Positions 1 through 10,138 of a stretch of DNA of 64,000 bases are shown one piece after another. Origin of the DNA: an uncultured delta proteobacterium (lineage in GTDB: Bacteria > Desulfobacterota > Binatia > UBA9968). Location: contig CAVYTU010000019.1 in the NCBI GenBank assembly GCA_963771465.1, positions 128,001-192,000 on the forward strand. Reading direction: 5' to 3'. The notes below the pieces were generated by a model. It saw nothing but the letters and a program-made list of their open reading frames with translations, had not been told where the DNA came from and made no database searches. Each line of letters begins with the position of its first letter. Within the stretch, counting starts at the first letter, position 1. The position numbers were made by a program, and so were the translations under genes.

Positions 1-65
1 CCGAATAAGATTCCCCAACTTTGAGACCTCCGTCTAGTTCGTGGCGCGCCTGGAAACCGCGACGA

Positions 66-1814
66 TTAGAAATTATCCGCCTGAAAAAGGATCTTGCCGC
101 CGACCATGGTGAGCAGCGGTTTAATTTTCCTGATCTCTCTTTCGGGAACGGTGAAGTAATCGTTGTTCAGAACCACGAGATCGGCATATTTGCCACGCTC
201 CAAGGAGCCCAAAACTTTCTCTCTCTCGACGTACTCTGCCGCCCAGACGGTGCCGGTTTTAAGAGCCAGCACGCGATCGACTCTTTCCTTGCCGGTGTAA
301 ACTTTGCCTTCGATTTCTCGATTCACCATCGTATCGAGATAGTGGAAAACAGTGCCGACCTTAAAAATTTCGCGGTCGTCGACCTCGAACACCGTTTTCA
401 CCCCGCCATCGATCAGGCTCTTCATAGGAGCTACCCAGGCGAGGTACTTTTCTCCATAATCGCGCAGTATTTCGGGTGAGTCCTCGACATACTTGGGCGC
501 GCAGCTCATGTAAATATTGAGCTGCTTGAGCTTTGGAATCTGATCGGGACGCGGATTTAAGGCGCAATGGTCGATGGAATGGCGCTTGGCGCGGATCTGC
601 TCATCAGTGAGTCCGGCTCGGGCGCTACCCTTTTCAATCGCCTCTAGCATGATATCGAGCGCCTTGTCCCCAGCCGTGTGCGTTCCGGCGATGCGCAGTC
701 CGGCGGCGACCGCGTTTTCAAGAAATTCGGGGAGCCCTTCGTTGAAGACCTCACGATCCTTAATCTCTTTGGGTGCGTCTGTTATGGTTGTCAGTAGACC
801 AGGATAGGATTGGTCCGTACCCCTCGTGCTCGCCCCTATAAACCAGACGTAATCGGTGCCGTATCCGCTTACGCCTTGCATTTCGGGAACCCCCTGGATG
901 GGCGTACCAAGGCTGGGCGTATAGGCAAACCTCAGTCCGATGTCGCCTCTTTTATCGAGGAGCTGGTATGCGGCCAATGCCTTCACGGATCGCATAGAAC
1001 TGGACCACGTGGTGATGCCGTAGCTCGCCCAGCGTAGATTTTCTTCCTTATATAATCCGGCCAGCTGATCTAAACTCTTGACCAAGAAGTCCGACCCAAT
1101 GATCCGGTTTAAAGTATTCGAGGAAAAGCCGTCTTCCCGCATCAGTCCCGGTTCCAAAGGGCCGGACCAAATGGTTTTAACAATCTCCATCGATTTGCTA
1201 TTCAGAATCGACGTGGTGCGCACCCGAAGGTATACGGGATTGTTGGGCGCGATCTGATCCAACTCGGTTCTATGGATGAGCCCCCTGCGTGAAGCTACGA
1301 TGCCGTTTAAAATCTTGCCGTCCTTGCCCACCGCCTCGTTGGGCAATTGCAGTGAAATCCATTCGCCGGGTTTCTTTTTCGCCACCTCCTGGCGCACCGC
1401 GTCGAGAGTTTTCTTTTTGACGCTGTCCCAGGTTTCTCCGGCTTGAGTGCGGATGCGCGTGCGCACCGCGGAACTCTCCTCGGCATCGAGCGCGTAGTCG
1501 AATAGATGCGAGTGGGTATCGATGATGCCCGGCACGACGGTGCGTCCTTTGAGGTCGACGATTTTCGTCGCGGGCCCTCTCAGTGCAAGCATTCGCTGGT
1601 TAGTACCGCCAGCCAAGACTTTCCCTTCGCGAATCGCCAACGCCTGGACAATAGTCCCAGGATTCGACGATGTTGTCTTATCGTCCATGGTCGCGATCTT
1701 GCCATTGTGCAAGATCATATCGGGATAGTTGACCAACTCCGGCGGCACAGTTTGGGCCCAAGAACGGCTTGCCAGAAAAGCGAGAAAGAGAACGAAAGAA
1801 GTAAATTTTTTCAT
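66..1814 (-). CDS. Secreted metal-dependent amidohydrolase (Amidohydro_3/YtcJ-like), copy AH1
   Basis: Signal peptide ending SWA|Q; ILHNGKI N-terminal beta motif; DLKGRTVVPGIIDTHSH (HxH); GTHTAGD; IDHC; C-terminal GSLERGKYADLVVL...TMVGGK; GGAG RBS upstream. Confidence 0.9.
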   Translation of the reverse strand: MKKFTSFVLFLAFLASRSWAQTVPPELVNYPDMILHNGKIATMDDKTTSSNPGTIVQALAIREGKVLAGGTNQRMLALRGPATKIVDLKGRTVVPGIIDTHSHLFDYALDAEESSAVRTRIRTQAGETWDSVKKKTLDAVRQEVAKKKPGEWISLQLPNEAVGKDGKILNGIVASRRGLIHRTELDQIAPNNPVYLRVRTTSILNSKSMEIVKTIWSGPLEPGLMREDGFSSNTLNRIIGSDFLVKSLDQLAGLYKEENLRWASYGITTWSSSMRSVKALAAYQLLDKRGDIGLRFAYTPSLGTPIQGVPEMQGVSGYGTDYVWFIGASTRGTDQSYPGLLTTITDAPKEIKDREVFNEGLPEFLENAVAAGLRIAGTHTAGDKALDIMLEAIEKGSARAGLTDEQIRAKRHSIDHCALNPRPDQIPKLKQLNIYMSCAPKYVEDSPEILRDYGEKYLAWVAPMKSLIDGGVKTVFEVDDREIFKVGTVFHYLDTMVNREIEGKVYTGKERVDRVLALKTGTVWAAEYVEREKVLGSLERGKYADLVVLNNDYFTVPEREIRKIKPLLTMVGGKILFQADNF

Positions 1815-1895
1815 AGCTCCTCCTTTTTATTGGACCATCACTCGGTCACCACTCTTTACTGCGTTCCGCCCTGGCTTTGCAATCGCACAAAAGGT

Positions 1896-2330
1896 CTATT
1901 TTTTGCCCTTCTCAACCGGATATTTTTTCTTCACCCACTCTTTAAAGGCATCGCCCATGATCGAGATATTGCGATAGTCATAGTCGTCGCGGAGGGACAG
2001 ATAGGCTTCTTGGATCAGCTCGCTCTGCGGGCAATCGCAGTAGAGAATCACCCGGCCCGCCTTGGGAACCTCGTTCATCCGTTTTTCCAGTTCCGCCATC
2101 GGCAGCGAGCGCGCGCCGGGGATGTGTGACTGCTGAAAATCTTTCGCGGGTCTGAGATCGACGAGAATCATCGCTTCACGCGCCGTGAGATAATACTTCA
2201 CCCGCTCCATCGGCACGACTGCGACCGGCTCCTCCGAGCCGTGGCCAGCGAGGGCGACACAGGACCAGAGTCCGATGAATGCCACCAAGCCAATAAGCAG
2301 CATTCGCGACATTCTGTGCATTTGCAGCAA
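1896..2330 (-). CDS. Secreted single-domain rhodanese-like protein Rh1 (YCDCP loop)
   Basis: Signal peptide ending ALA|GH; LVDLRPAKDF-HIPGARSLP; VILYCDC; GDAFKEW-KKYPVE. Confidence 0.88.
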   Translation of the reverse strand: MLQMHRMSRMLLIGLVAFIGLWSCVALAGHGSEEPVAVVPMERVKYYLTAREAMILVDLRPAKDFQQSHIPGARSLPMAELEKRMNEVPKAGRVILYCDCPQSELIQEAYLSLRDDYDYRNISIMGDAFKEWVKKKYPVEKGKK

Positions 2331-2401
2331 GAACCGTTTGGACGATTGAATTTCTTCAATGCATCGATCGGTTTGAACTAACTACACGGGTCATCGTTTC
2401 G

Positions 2402-4251
2402 CTATTCAATCACTCCCGGCGCTTCCTTGCCGCCGAAATCCGCCACCTGTAGACCGTGGGTTTTGCCTCTCAACGCCGAGTTCTCATTGACGATCTTGCC
2501 CGCCACCATAGTAAGAATCGGCGTCACCGTGCCGATCTCCTTCTCCGGCACCGTGAAATAATCGCGGTTGAGTACCAGCAGATCAGCCAACTTTCCCAAC
2601 TCCAGGGAGCCCAGAACTTTTTCTTTTAAAACATATTCCGACGCCCATACCGTGGCCATCTTTAACGCGGTCACTCGGTCGATCTTCTCTCGCCCTGCGT
2701 AAACTTTGCCATTGACGTCGCGAGTCACCAGGAGCTCGAGATAGTAGAACGGCCCCTTGGTCGGCGTGTAATGAATATCGGTTTCGAGAACCGTCTTCAC
2801 ACCGGCATCAATCAAGCTCTTCGCCGGCGCGACCCAGTTCAAATATTTTTCACCATAGTCACGCAGCACTTCCGGACTGGCGTTTTCGATATACTTGGGG
2901 CTGCAACTGACCATGATACCGAGCTGCTTCAAGCGCGGCATCTGCTCCGGCCGAGGGTTCATCGTGCAGTGATCGACCGTATGGCGCTGCGCTTGGATCT
3001 GCTGCGGCGACATGCCTGCCTTCTTGCTTCCCTCTTCGATGATGTCCATCACTTGATCGAGCGTGAAGTCGCCGGCGACATGGGTGTTGCTGAAGCGCGC
3101 CCCGCGAGCGACGATTTCCTCCAAGACCTTGCGCCGATAATCGCCGGCGTCGAGACGCGACATTTCGCGGGATTTGATTTCCGGCGGCGCGTCGGCAACC
3201 GATTTTAGCTGCGGGTACGGAGCCGTCGGCGCTCACCAGGCTGATGCCGTTGGGCCAAAGGAACTCCGATCCTTGTCCTTCCATCAGCTCCATGTAGCCG
3301 CGCACCATCGCCGGTCCCTGGGAAGTTCCGGTGATGAGACTGCCCAAACCGTAAGCGAAACGCACGGTCATCTCGCCCTTTTGATCGAGCAAGCGGTAAG
3401 CGCGGATGGTGTTCAACGCCGACGTCGAAGACGACCAAGTGGTAACGCCGTAGGCGGCCAATTCCTCTTGTTCTTTTTTGTAGAGGTCGGCCAAGACATT
3501 GAAGCTTGCCGTCGAGAATGATGTCGGTCTGCAGCGATCGCCGAATACTCGCGCTCCAGACGATGCCGTCTGCGCTGATCTCTTCATCCAGCGCACCGTA
3601 ATAATTTTTGAACGCTTCCAGCGCTCGGCTGTTAAACAAGCCGCGATTACCCGCTTGGATGAATATCGGATGATCGCGCGAGATTTTATCCAGCTCTTCT
3701 TTGGTGAACATCTTGAGATCGGTCATCGCCACTTTGATGTCCACTGGCTTATCGTCTTTAAACACACGGTTCGGCAACCGTACCCAGATCCACTGCCCGG
3801 GTTTAGCGCTTTGCGCCTCCTTTCCGGCGGTTTCCAAAGCGCCTTTCCTCAACTCCTCCCAGGTGCGACCTTTGACCGTGGGTTTGCGCAGTTCGGGCAC
3901 GCTCCTGCCCCAGTGATCCATGGTGTATTCCATCGCGTGGTAGTGCGTGTCGATGATTCCCGGCACGACGGTTCTGCCGCGTAAATCTATGACCTCAGTC
4001 TTGGGGCCTTTCAGCGCCAGAATCTTGCTATTCGGTCCCTGCGCCAGAATTTTTCCGTCCCTTAGCGCCAGCGCTTGGCTGATCGTGCCGGGACTCGCGG
4101 AGGTCGTTTTGTTATCCATGGCAACGACCTTGCCGTTGTGCAGAATCGTTTCCGGATAACGGATCAATTCCGCCGGTATCGTTTGCGCCCAAGCGAGGCG
4201 CAAAGGCAGCAGAGCAAAAACTAGCAACAGTAAAGAAAATCGCTTTGTCAT
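2402..4251 (-). CDS. Secreted Amidohydro_3/YtcJ-like amidohydrolase AH2, broken by two +1 frameshifts in this assembly
   Basis: Pieces 3205..4251 (signal peptide, DTHYH), 2859..3596 and 2402..3163 (NTHVAGD, VDHC, GSLELGKLAD). Removing one base near 3505 (ILDGK|FNVLADL) and one near 3219 (ADGS|YPQL) restores colinearity with AH1. Confidence 0.85.
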
Positions 4252-4281
4252 ATGAACCTCCCTTCTGGTTCACCTCACGAG

Positions 4282-4731
4282 TTATTTCTTCGCTCCCGTC
4301 TCAACCGGATACTTGCGTTTTAACCAGTCTTGATACGGATCTGCCAGCACGGCAGTGTTGCGATAACCGTAATCTTTGAGCACTTGATACGCTAGCTCGA
4401 TGATCTGATTCTGCGAACAATCGCAGTAAAGCACCACACGGCTTGACTGTGGGATCTCGCGGAAACGCTTCTCCAAGTCTTTCATCGGCAGCGAGCGCGC
4501 GCCGGGCAATCTGGATTTTTGGAACTCCATGGCCGGCCGCAAATCAATCAGCACCATCTTCTCTCTCGCGTCGAGAAAGCCCTTGACCTGCTCTGCGGTC
4601 ACCGTGACCACGTCGTCCTCAGTGCCATGGCCGGCCTGGATGATGCCTGGCCAAATTAGCAACAACGCCGTCACCGTTCCGACCAGCGGTCTTAAGTTTG
4701 CCACGGCGGAGTGAATCAACCGAGCGATCAT
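4282..4731 (-). CDS. Secreted rhodanese-like protein Rh2 (YCDCS loop)
   Basis: Signal peptide ending IQA|GH; LIDLRPAMEF-RLPGARSLP; VVLYCDC; clear paralog of Rh1. Confidence 0.88.
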   Translation of the reverse strand: MIARLIHSAVANLRPLVGTVTALLLIWPGIIQAGHGTEDDVVTVTAEQVKGFLDAREKMVLIDLRPAMEFQKSRLPGARSLPMKDLEKRFREIPQSSRVVLYCDCSQNQIIELAYQVLKDYGYRNTAVLADPYQDWLKRKYPVETGAKK

Positions 4732-4741
4732 CTAGCAGGCT

Positions 4742-6548
4742 TTATTTTGCGGCGCCGAATCTTAACCCGACGGCGCTCAATCCTTCGCTCTTGGCGAACT
4801 GTGGCGCCGTGTAGACCGGCTTGCCGGCTACCGCAGTCATCATAACGTTTATCTTTGACAACTCTTGATCAGGGGTACTGAGGTAGTCGCGGTCGATGAT
4901 GACAAAGTCCGCCCATTTGCCGGGCTCCAGCGAGCCAAGCTGATTGTCACGCAAGACATACTCCGCCGCCCAGCGCGTAAACATCTTGAGCGCAGTTGTC
5001 TTGTCCACCGCTTGTTTCGCACCCCAGACGCGCCCCTGGCTGTCCTGTCGCGTAACGGCGTACTTGATGTGCGCGAACGCGCCACCCTCTTTGTTGTGCA
5101 CTCTGCGGTCGTCCATTTCCATGACGACTTTGCCGCCGGCGCGCAGGATGGTTTGCACCGGTGCGTTAAGCTCGTGGGCATATTTCTCGCCGTAGTCGCG
5201 CGAGATGTCGGCGGCGTCTTCAATATAGCGCGGCGCGCAGCTCCAGATAATGTCGAGCTTCTTGCCGCGCTCGACCTGATCGGCGCGCGGGCTCATGCCG
5301 CAATGGTCGATGTTATGTTTGCGGGCGCGAATTTCGTCCGGTGTCAGCCCGGCCTCCGCGCTGGCTTTTTCAATCACATCGAGAAACCGATCCACCGCGC
5401 CGTCGCCGTAAACATGAGTGCCGGAAATTCTTTGGCCGGCTCCCACCGCCGCACGCATAATTTTATACTCCGCCTCGGCCTCGCATTTCTCCCGCGATTT
5501 GATCTCTTTCCTGGCATCGACTGTCGTGCATTGGCGCGGATAGCTACTGTCCAATGCGGAAAGCGAAACGCCGATGGCCCACAGAAAATCCGTGCCGTGG
5601 CCGGAAATATTACCGATACGCTTATAGAATTCCGCGGCGCCGGATGAGCCGGCCGCGCCCATGCGGTGCGAATACGCGAATCGGATCGGCAATTCGCCGC
5701 GATTGTCCAAGAGAACGAACGCGTTGAACACTTTCACGGTCGGCAAGGACGACGACCAAGTCGTCACGCCATGAGCACCCCACGCCTGCAATTCCTTTTT
5801 ATAAATCGCCGCCAACGTTTGGGGTCGCTTCACCAAGATCTCGCCGATCAGAGTGCGCATCGATCCAGAACCGATCGGTCCGCGCGGTTTCCCTTGGTTG
5901 TCGGTCTGGATCTCTTCGGGCAGCGCTCCGAAATATTCGCTGAACAGGTTGAAAATATGGCTGTTGGCGCGCCGGTCCGTGCCACGCAACTGAACAACGA
6001 TGGGATTGCTCGGCGCCAGCTCGTCCATCTCCTTGAGCATCATTTTATTGCCGAACTCCTCGGCCACGCTGCTCGGCAAGAGTTGCACATGGATCATCTT
6101 CCCGGCGCCGGCTTCGGCGATCTTCGCTTTTAGCTGCGCCACGGCGTCTGCCACCGATTTCACCTGCAGCGGAGTTTGCCGGTACTGTTTGAGTTCGGGC
6201 TCGAGAACTTCGAGATCATTAGCCCAATTGGCCGGCGCGTAGTCGAACAGATGGGAATGGGTATCGATGAAGCCGGGGACGATCGATTTTGCCTTTGAGA
6301 TCGAGCCGGATCGTCTTGGGACCGGCAAGGTTGATAATCTCAGCATTGCTTCCCACCGCCATCACTTTGCCGTCGCGCACGGCGAGCGCTTGGGCGATCG
6401 AGAAGCGCTCATCGACGGTAAGAACTTTTCCGTTGTGATAGACGGCATCGGCAAAGATCACCATACCCTTGCCGGTCTGTGCGGAGGCCTGGAAAGCAAG
6501 AAGCGAAACGAGAGAACACAAAAGCCAAGTGGAAATTTTTAAACTCAT
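4742..6548 (-). CDS. Secreted Amidohydro_3/YtcJ-like amidohydrolase AH3, one +1 frameshift in a homopolymer
   Basis: 6219..6548 (signal peptide, YHNGKVLT, LDLKGK) joins 4742..6346 (SIVPGFIDTHSH, GTHVYGD, IDHC, GSLEPGKWAD) if one T of the run at 6287-6290 is removed. Confidence 0.87.
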
Positions 6549-6728
6549 AAGTGCTCCTAACCGGCGGTTTAGTTATCTCAGATGATTCCTGCTGATACGA
6601 ATTCTTGTTAGTTGGGATCGTGTTAAGTGGTGAATGGCTACCTTGCTTAATCACCACCAAGGACACCAAGCGCACGAAGGCGTCAAAACTTTTCATCTTA
6701 AACTTTGTGTCCTTCGGGGTGCGAGGTC

Positions 6729-7160
6729 CTAGCGCATGCCGCTCGGCCGGCGCCCCGTTTCGACCGGAAACTTGCGCTTTTCCCAACCCTGAAACCCATC
6801 TAGCATGACCGCGATGTTTTTATACCGTTCGTCTTCGAATAGTTGAAAGACCGCGTCCGGGATATCGTTTGACGGCATCGCGGCATAAATCACGACCCGT
6901 CCCGATTTGGGAATCTCGCCGAGCCGTTTTTCTAATTCGGTCGCCGGGATCGAGCGCGATCCGGCGAGCCGCTTCTCTTGGAATTCTTGCGCCGGCCGCA
7001 AATCGATGAGTATAAATTTTTCGCCAGCGTCGAGCAAAAGTTTAAGCCGATCAGCCGCGATGGTCGTGACATCCCGGTTCTCATGCCCGGCATTGGCAAG
7101 CGCCGGGCAAAACGCAAGGAGCCAGAGCGTTAGGACAACAACTAGGTGCGCCGCCGTCAC
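6729..7160 (-). CDS. Secreted rhodanese-like protein Rh3 lacking the catalytic Cys (YAAMP loop)
   Basis: Signal peptide ending ANA|GH; LIDLRPAQEF-RLAGSRSIP; VVIYAAMP where paralogs have YCDC; LDGFQGW. Confidence 0.85.
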   Translation of the reverse strand: MTAAHLVVVLTLWLLAFCPALANAGHENRDVTTIAADRLKLLLDAGEKFILIDLRPAQEFQEKRLAGSRSIPATELEKRLGEIPKSGRVVIYAAMPSNDIPDAVFQLFEDERYKNIAVMLDGFQGWEKRKFPVETGRRPSGMR

Positions 7161-7240
7161 ACTTCGATTCTCTCTTTTTGCGGTCTATACGTTCTTTGCG
7201 GTTAAACTTCTTCCCTCTGAGGTGCGCGCAGTTCGCGTTC

Positions 7241-9067
7241 TTACTTCGCTCCCGTCCGTTGATAAACCACCTTGCCGCCGACGATCGTCAAATCGACGAG
7301 TAACTCGTCGATCTTATCGTCCGCCACCGCCATGTAGTCGCCGTTAAACACCACCATGTCGGCGTACTTGCCCTTCTCGAGGGAACCGAGCATTTTTTCA
7401 TCACCCATGAACTTCGCCGCATTATAGGTCGTCATCATCAAGGCTTGCTTGCGATCGATCGCTTGGTTTTTCCCCCACACGCGCCCTTCGCGCGCGCTGC
7501 GCGTGCTTTTATCCGTCCTTGTGACGAATCGTTCGATGCGCCACACCGGCGGCTCGTCCGGCTTGCCGCCTTCGAGGTGAACGTTCACGCCGGCACCGAG
7601 CAATTCCTTCACCGGCTGCATGCTGTGCATCTGTTCGCCGTATTGGGAGAAAACCATTTCTTCGCCGCGCACCACGCGCTGGCTGAATATCTCCGAGTTC
7701 AAACCGAAGGCTAATTTATCGCCCAATTGTTTGGCCAACGTGATCGACTTCTGATCCCAGATCAGGTTGTGGTCGAGCGCGTTGCGGCCGAGCATTTTAT
7801 GCACTTTGATTTCGGACTGCTTCTCGGCGTCGGCGAGACTTTCCAAAACGATCGTCGTCGCGCCGCTGCCCATGTTGTGATTGCCGCTGATATTCCAGCC
7901 GTGCTTGCGCAGCAATTGCAGCGTCGTCCATTCGGTGTCGCGCTTTTCCCCGAGGGTCAAATCGCCCCACTGCTTGCCAGTCCACTCGGGCCCAGTCCAT
8001 TTGTTACGTCCATAGAGTCCGCCTTTGACCTCGGCGTGCGCGTTGCGCTTGGCTTCGTTGGTGAGAATGCCGCCGTCGTCCGACGCGCCGTCCACCGGAC
8101 CGACCGCGGCGCCGACGATGCGAATCATATCGTCGCCAAGACTAAAGTTCACCAAGTTAGGCGTGCGCCGAAGTATCTGGTCGGCCATGGGATTTTGCCG
8201 CGCGAAATCTAGCGTCGGGCGAATGCGCATCTTGAGGCGATCTTGATGATGCATCTGGCTGACGATCGTGACCGTGTAACCGCTGGCGTGGCCGGTGATC
8301 GTGGTCACGCCGACTCTGAGAAATTGCTCGATGATCTCCGCCTGCTCTTTAAATATCTCTTCGGTCAACTCCGGCCAATCGCGCAGGTTCCAGCCGACAA
8401 AACCGAGCGCCTGGCTGAACATTTGCCCTGTGGGGTTACCACTCGAATCCTTGACGACCTGAAAGTGATCTTTGCGTAGCCCAGCGGCGAACGCCTTTTC
8501 CAGCATGAGCGTGTTGACGACGCCCTCCGAGCTGGATAGCGAAAGCATCAGCGGATTATCAGGCGCGAGCTTGTCCAAATCCTTGGCGGTCAATTTGGAA
8601 AGATCGCTGACAAACTCGTCCGCCATGCGTACGTAAACGTTGGAACCGGGTTTCGCTTGCGACACCAGCTTGCGCACCTGCTCGAGCATCTCGGGCACGT
8701 TCTTGCCGCGAACTTTTTTGCCGACCACGCCATTGACCATGGTGTCTTTATACAAGTCGCCGCCGGCAAAGGCGTTGTCGCCGTCACTATCGATGAATCC
8801 CGGCACCAAGCTTCTTCCCGCCAGATCGACACGGCGGGTCGCCGGGCCGGCCATTCGTTGAATCTCGGCGTTGGTGCCGACAGCGAGTATCTTGCCATCG
8901 CGCACCGCCACCGCTTGCGCGACGGTGAAATTTTTGTCGGCGGTGAGAACTTTGCCGTTGTAGAGAATCGAGTCGGCATAACGGATCAACTCCGGCGGCA
9001 GACTCTGCGCCGCGCCCTGGGTCACGCCAACCGCTAGCACGATCAATGCGTAAAGAATCGCTCGCAT
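7241..9067 (-). CDS. Secreted Amidohydro_3-like protein AH4 with degenerate metal site (DSDGD instead of DxHxH)
   Basis: GGAGG RBS before ATG 9067; signal peptide; ILYNGKVLT; DLAGRSLVPGFIDSDGD; GNHNMG; LDHN; GSLEKGKYADMVV...TIVGGK. Confidence 0.87.
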   Translation of the reverse strand: MRAILYALIVLAVGVTQGAAQSLPPELIRYADSILYNGKVLTADKNFTVAQAVAVRDGKILAVGTNAEIQRMAGPATRRVDLAGRSLVPGFIDSDGDNAFAGGDLYKDTMVNGVVGKKVRGKNVPEMLEQVRKLVSQAKPGSNVYVRMADEFVSDLSKLTAKDLDKLAPDNPLMLSLSSSEGVVNTLMLEKAFAAGLRKDHFQVVKDSSGNPTGQMFSQALGFVGWNLRDWPELTEEIFKEQAEIIEQFLRVGVTTITGHASGYTVTIVSQMHHQDRLKMRIRPTLDFARQNPMADQILRRTPNLVNFSLGDDMIRIVGAAVGPVDGASDDGGILTNEAKRNAHAEVKGGLYGRNKWTGPEWTGKQWGDLTLGEKRDTEWTTLQLLRKHGWNISGNHNMGSGATTIVLESLADAEKQSEIKVHKMLGRNALDHNLIWDQKSITLAKQLGDKLAFGLNSEIFSQRVVRGEEMVFSQYGEQMHSMQPVKELLGAGVNVHLEGGKPDEPPVWRIERFVTRTDKSTRSAREGRVWGKNQAIDRKQALMMTTYNAAKFMGDEKMLGSLEKGKYADMVVFNGDYMAVADDKIDELLVDLTIVGGKVVYQRTGAK

Positions 9068-9199
9068 GGCCAACCTCCTCTGCTAATTGACACTACGAAA
9101 GCGAATAACGGACGGCATGACGCGTGTCCCGCCCGGCGTCGAGTTAGAGATTTCTTACTTTGCGTTCTTTGCGGCTCATCCGCTCTTTTTCCCGGACTT

Positions 9200-9892
9200 T
9201 TACCCATCATTCGTCGCCTTTTCAATGACCTTGTCGTGGCGCTGAGCCCACTCCTCCTCATCGACACGCGTCAGCAACTGCTCGGTGGTTTGAATTAGGC
9301 TCTCCCGCTCCTCCAGACCTTTCAGGGCCTGAAAAACTGCTCGATTGAGCGAGGCGCGCACCGTCCCGCGCACGTCCCACGCGCTGTAACCGCGATAGCC
9401 CTCGCGCGTCGCCTTACCGAACAAAGTGAGCCCGCCCTTGACCGTCTCGAGCCCTTTGGCATTCTCGCCTACTCTGAGTTGGGCCAAGCCATAAACTAGC
9501 CAGGCGATCTCATCGTCTTTGTTCACTGCCAAAGCCCGCTGCGTGATCGAATAGGCGTCGGAGTAACGGCCCTTACGATAGTACGCCCTACCCAACAAAG
9601 TTAAGGTGTCCTTATAGGTCGGATCCGTTTGGACGACCGTCTGAAGATTACCGATCGCCTTGTCCAAGTCCCCGCTGCGCCCGCGGATAAGTTCGAGGTG
9701 TGCCTCGTTATACTTACCGCCAGTGCCAATAAACCAGTCCGGCCGGGAAACACATCCCGAGATGATGAGCAAACTCAAAAATTGAATTGTCATCAACCCG
9801 CAAATGCTCTTGTGGCGAACTACTTCGTCTCTGAATGCGGTAGGCAAATTATAAATTTTACTAATCCAGCTATGCACCAAATCCACCTCCAT
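9200..9892 (-). CDS. TPR-repeat lipoprotein (start may be ATG 9793)
   Basis: Lipobox-like LIISGC; TPR-like helices (LLGRAYYRKGRYSDA, AWLVYGLAQLRVG). Confidence 0.72.
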   Translation of the reverse strand: MEVDLVHSWISKIYNLPTAFRDEVVRHKSICGLMTIQFLSLLIISGCVSRPDWFIGTGGKYNEAHLELIRGRSGDLDKAIGNLQTVVQTDPTYKDTLTLLGRAYYRKGRYSDAYSITQRALAVNKDDEIAWLVYGLAQLRVGENAKGLETVKGGLTLFGKATREGYRGYSAWDVRGTVRASLNRAVFQALKGLEERESLIQTTEQLLTRVDEEEWAQRHDKVIEKATNDG

Positions 9893-10138
9893 ATTGAAAA
9901 CGTAGAAGTCTACAGCGACAACCTATAGTGCAACAAACGATATCCAAAGGCTCTGAGGCTGTCAAATATGTGCCAACGACCGATGCAGCTGTATTTCGAC
10001 AGACACTCCAAGTAAGAAACCCAAGCGCTCGGCGCGGAAATCTCGTAAGGGGGTGGCTTAGGTGTACCACAAAGAGGGAATTGTCTCCAAGTCCATTTTG
10101 CGATAACGTAATCACGATCTGTCGAAAGGAGAACGATT

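Noticed and set aside
6281-6295. Programmed ribosomal frameshift or phase variation in AH3 and the other split genes
   Set aside because: The homopolymer is only 4 nt, the other breaks share no slippery motif, and scattered indels point to sequencing error
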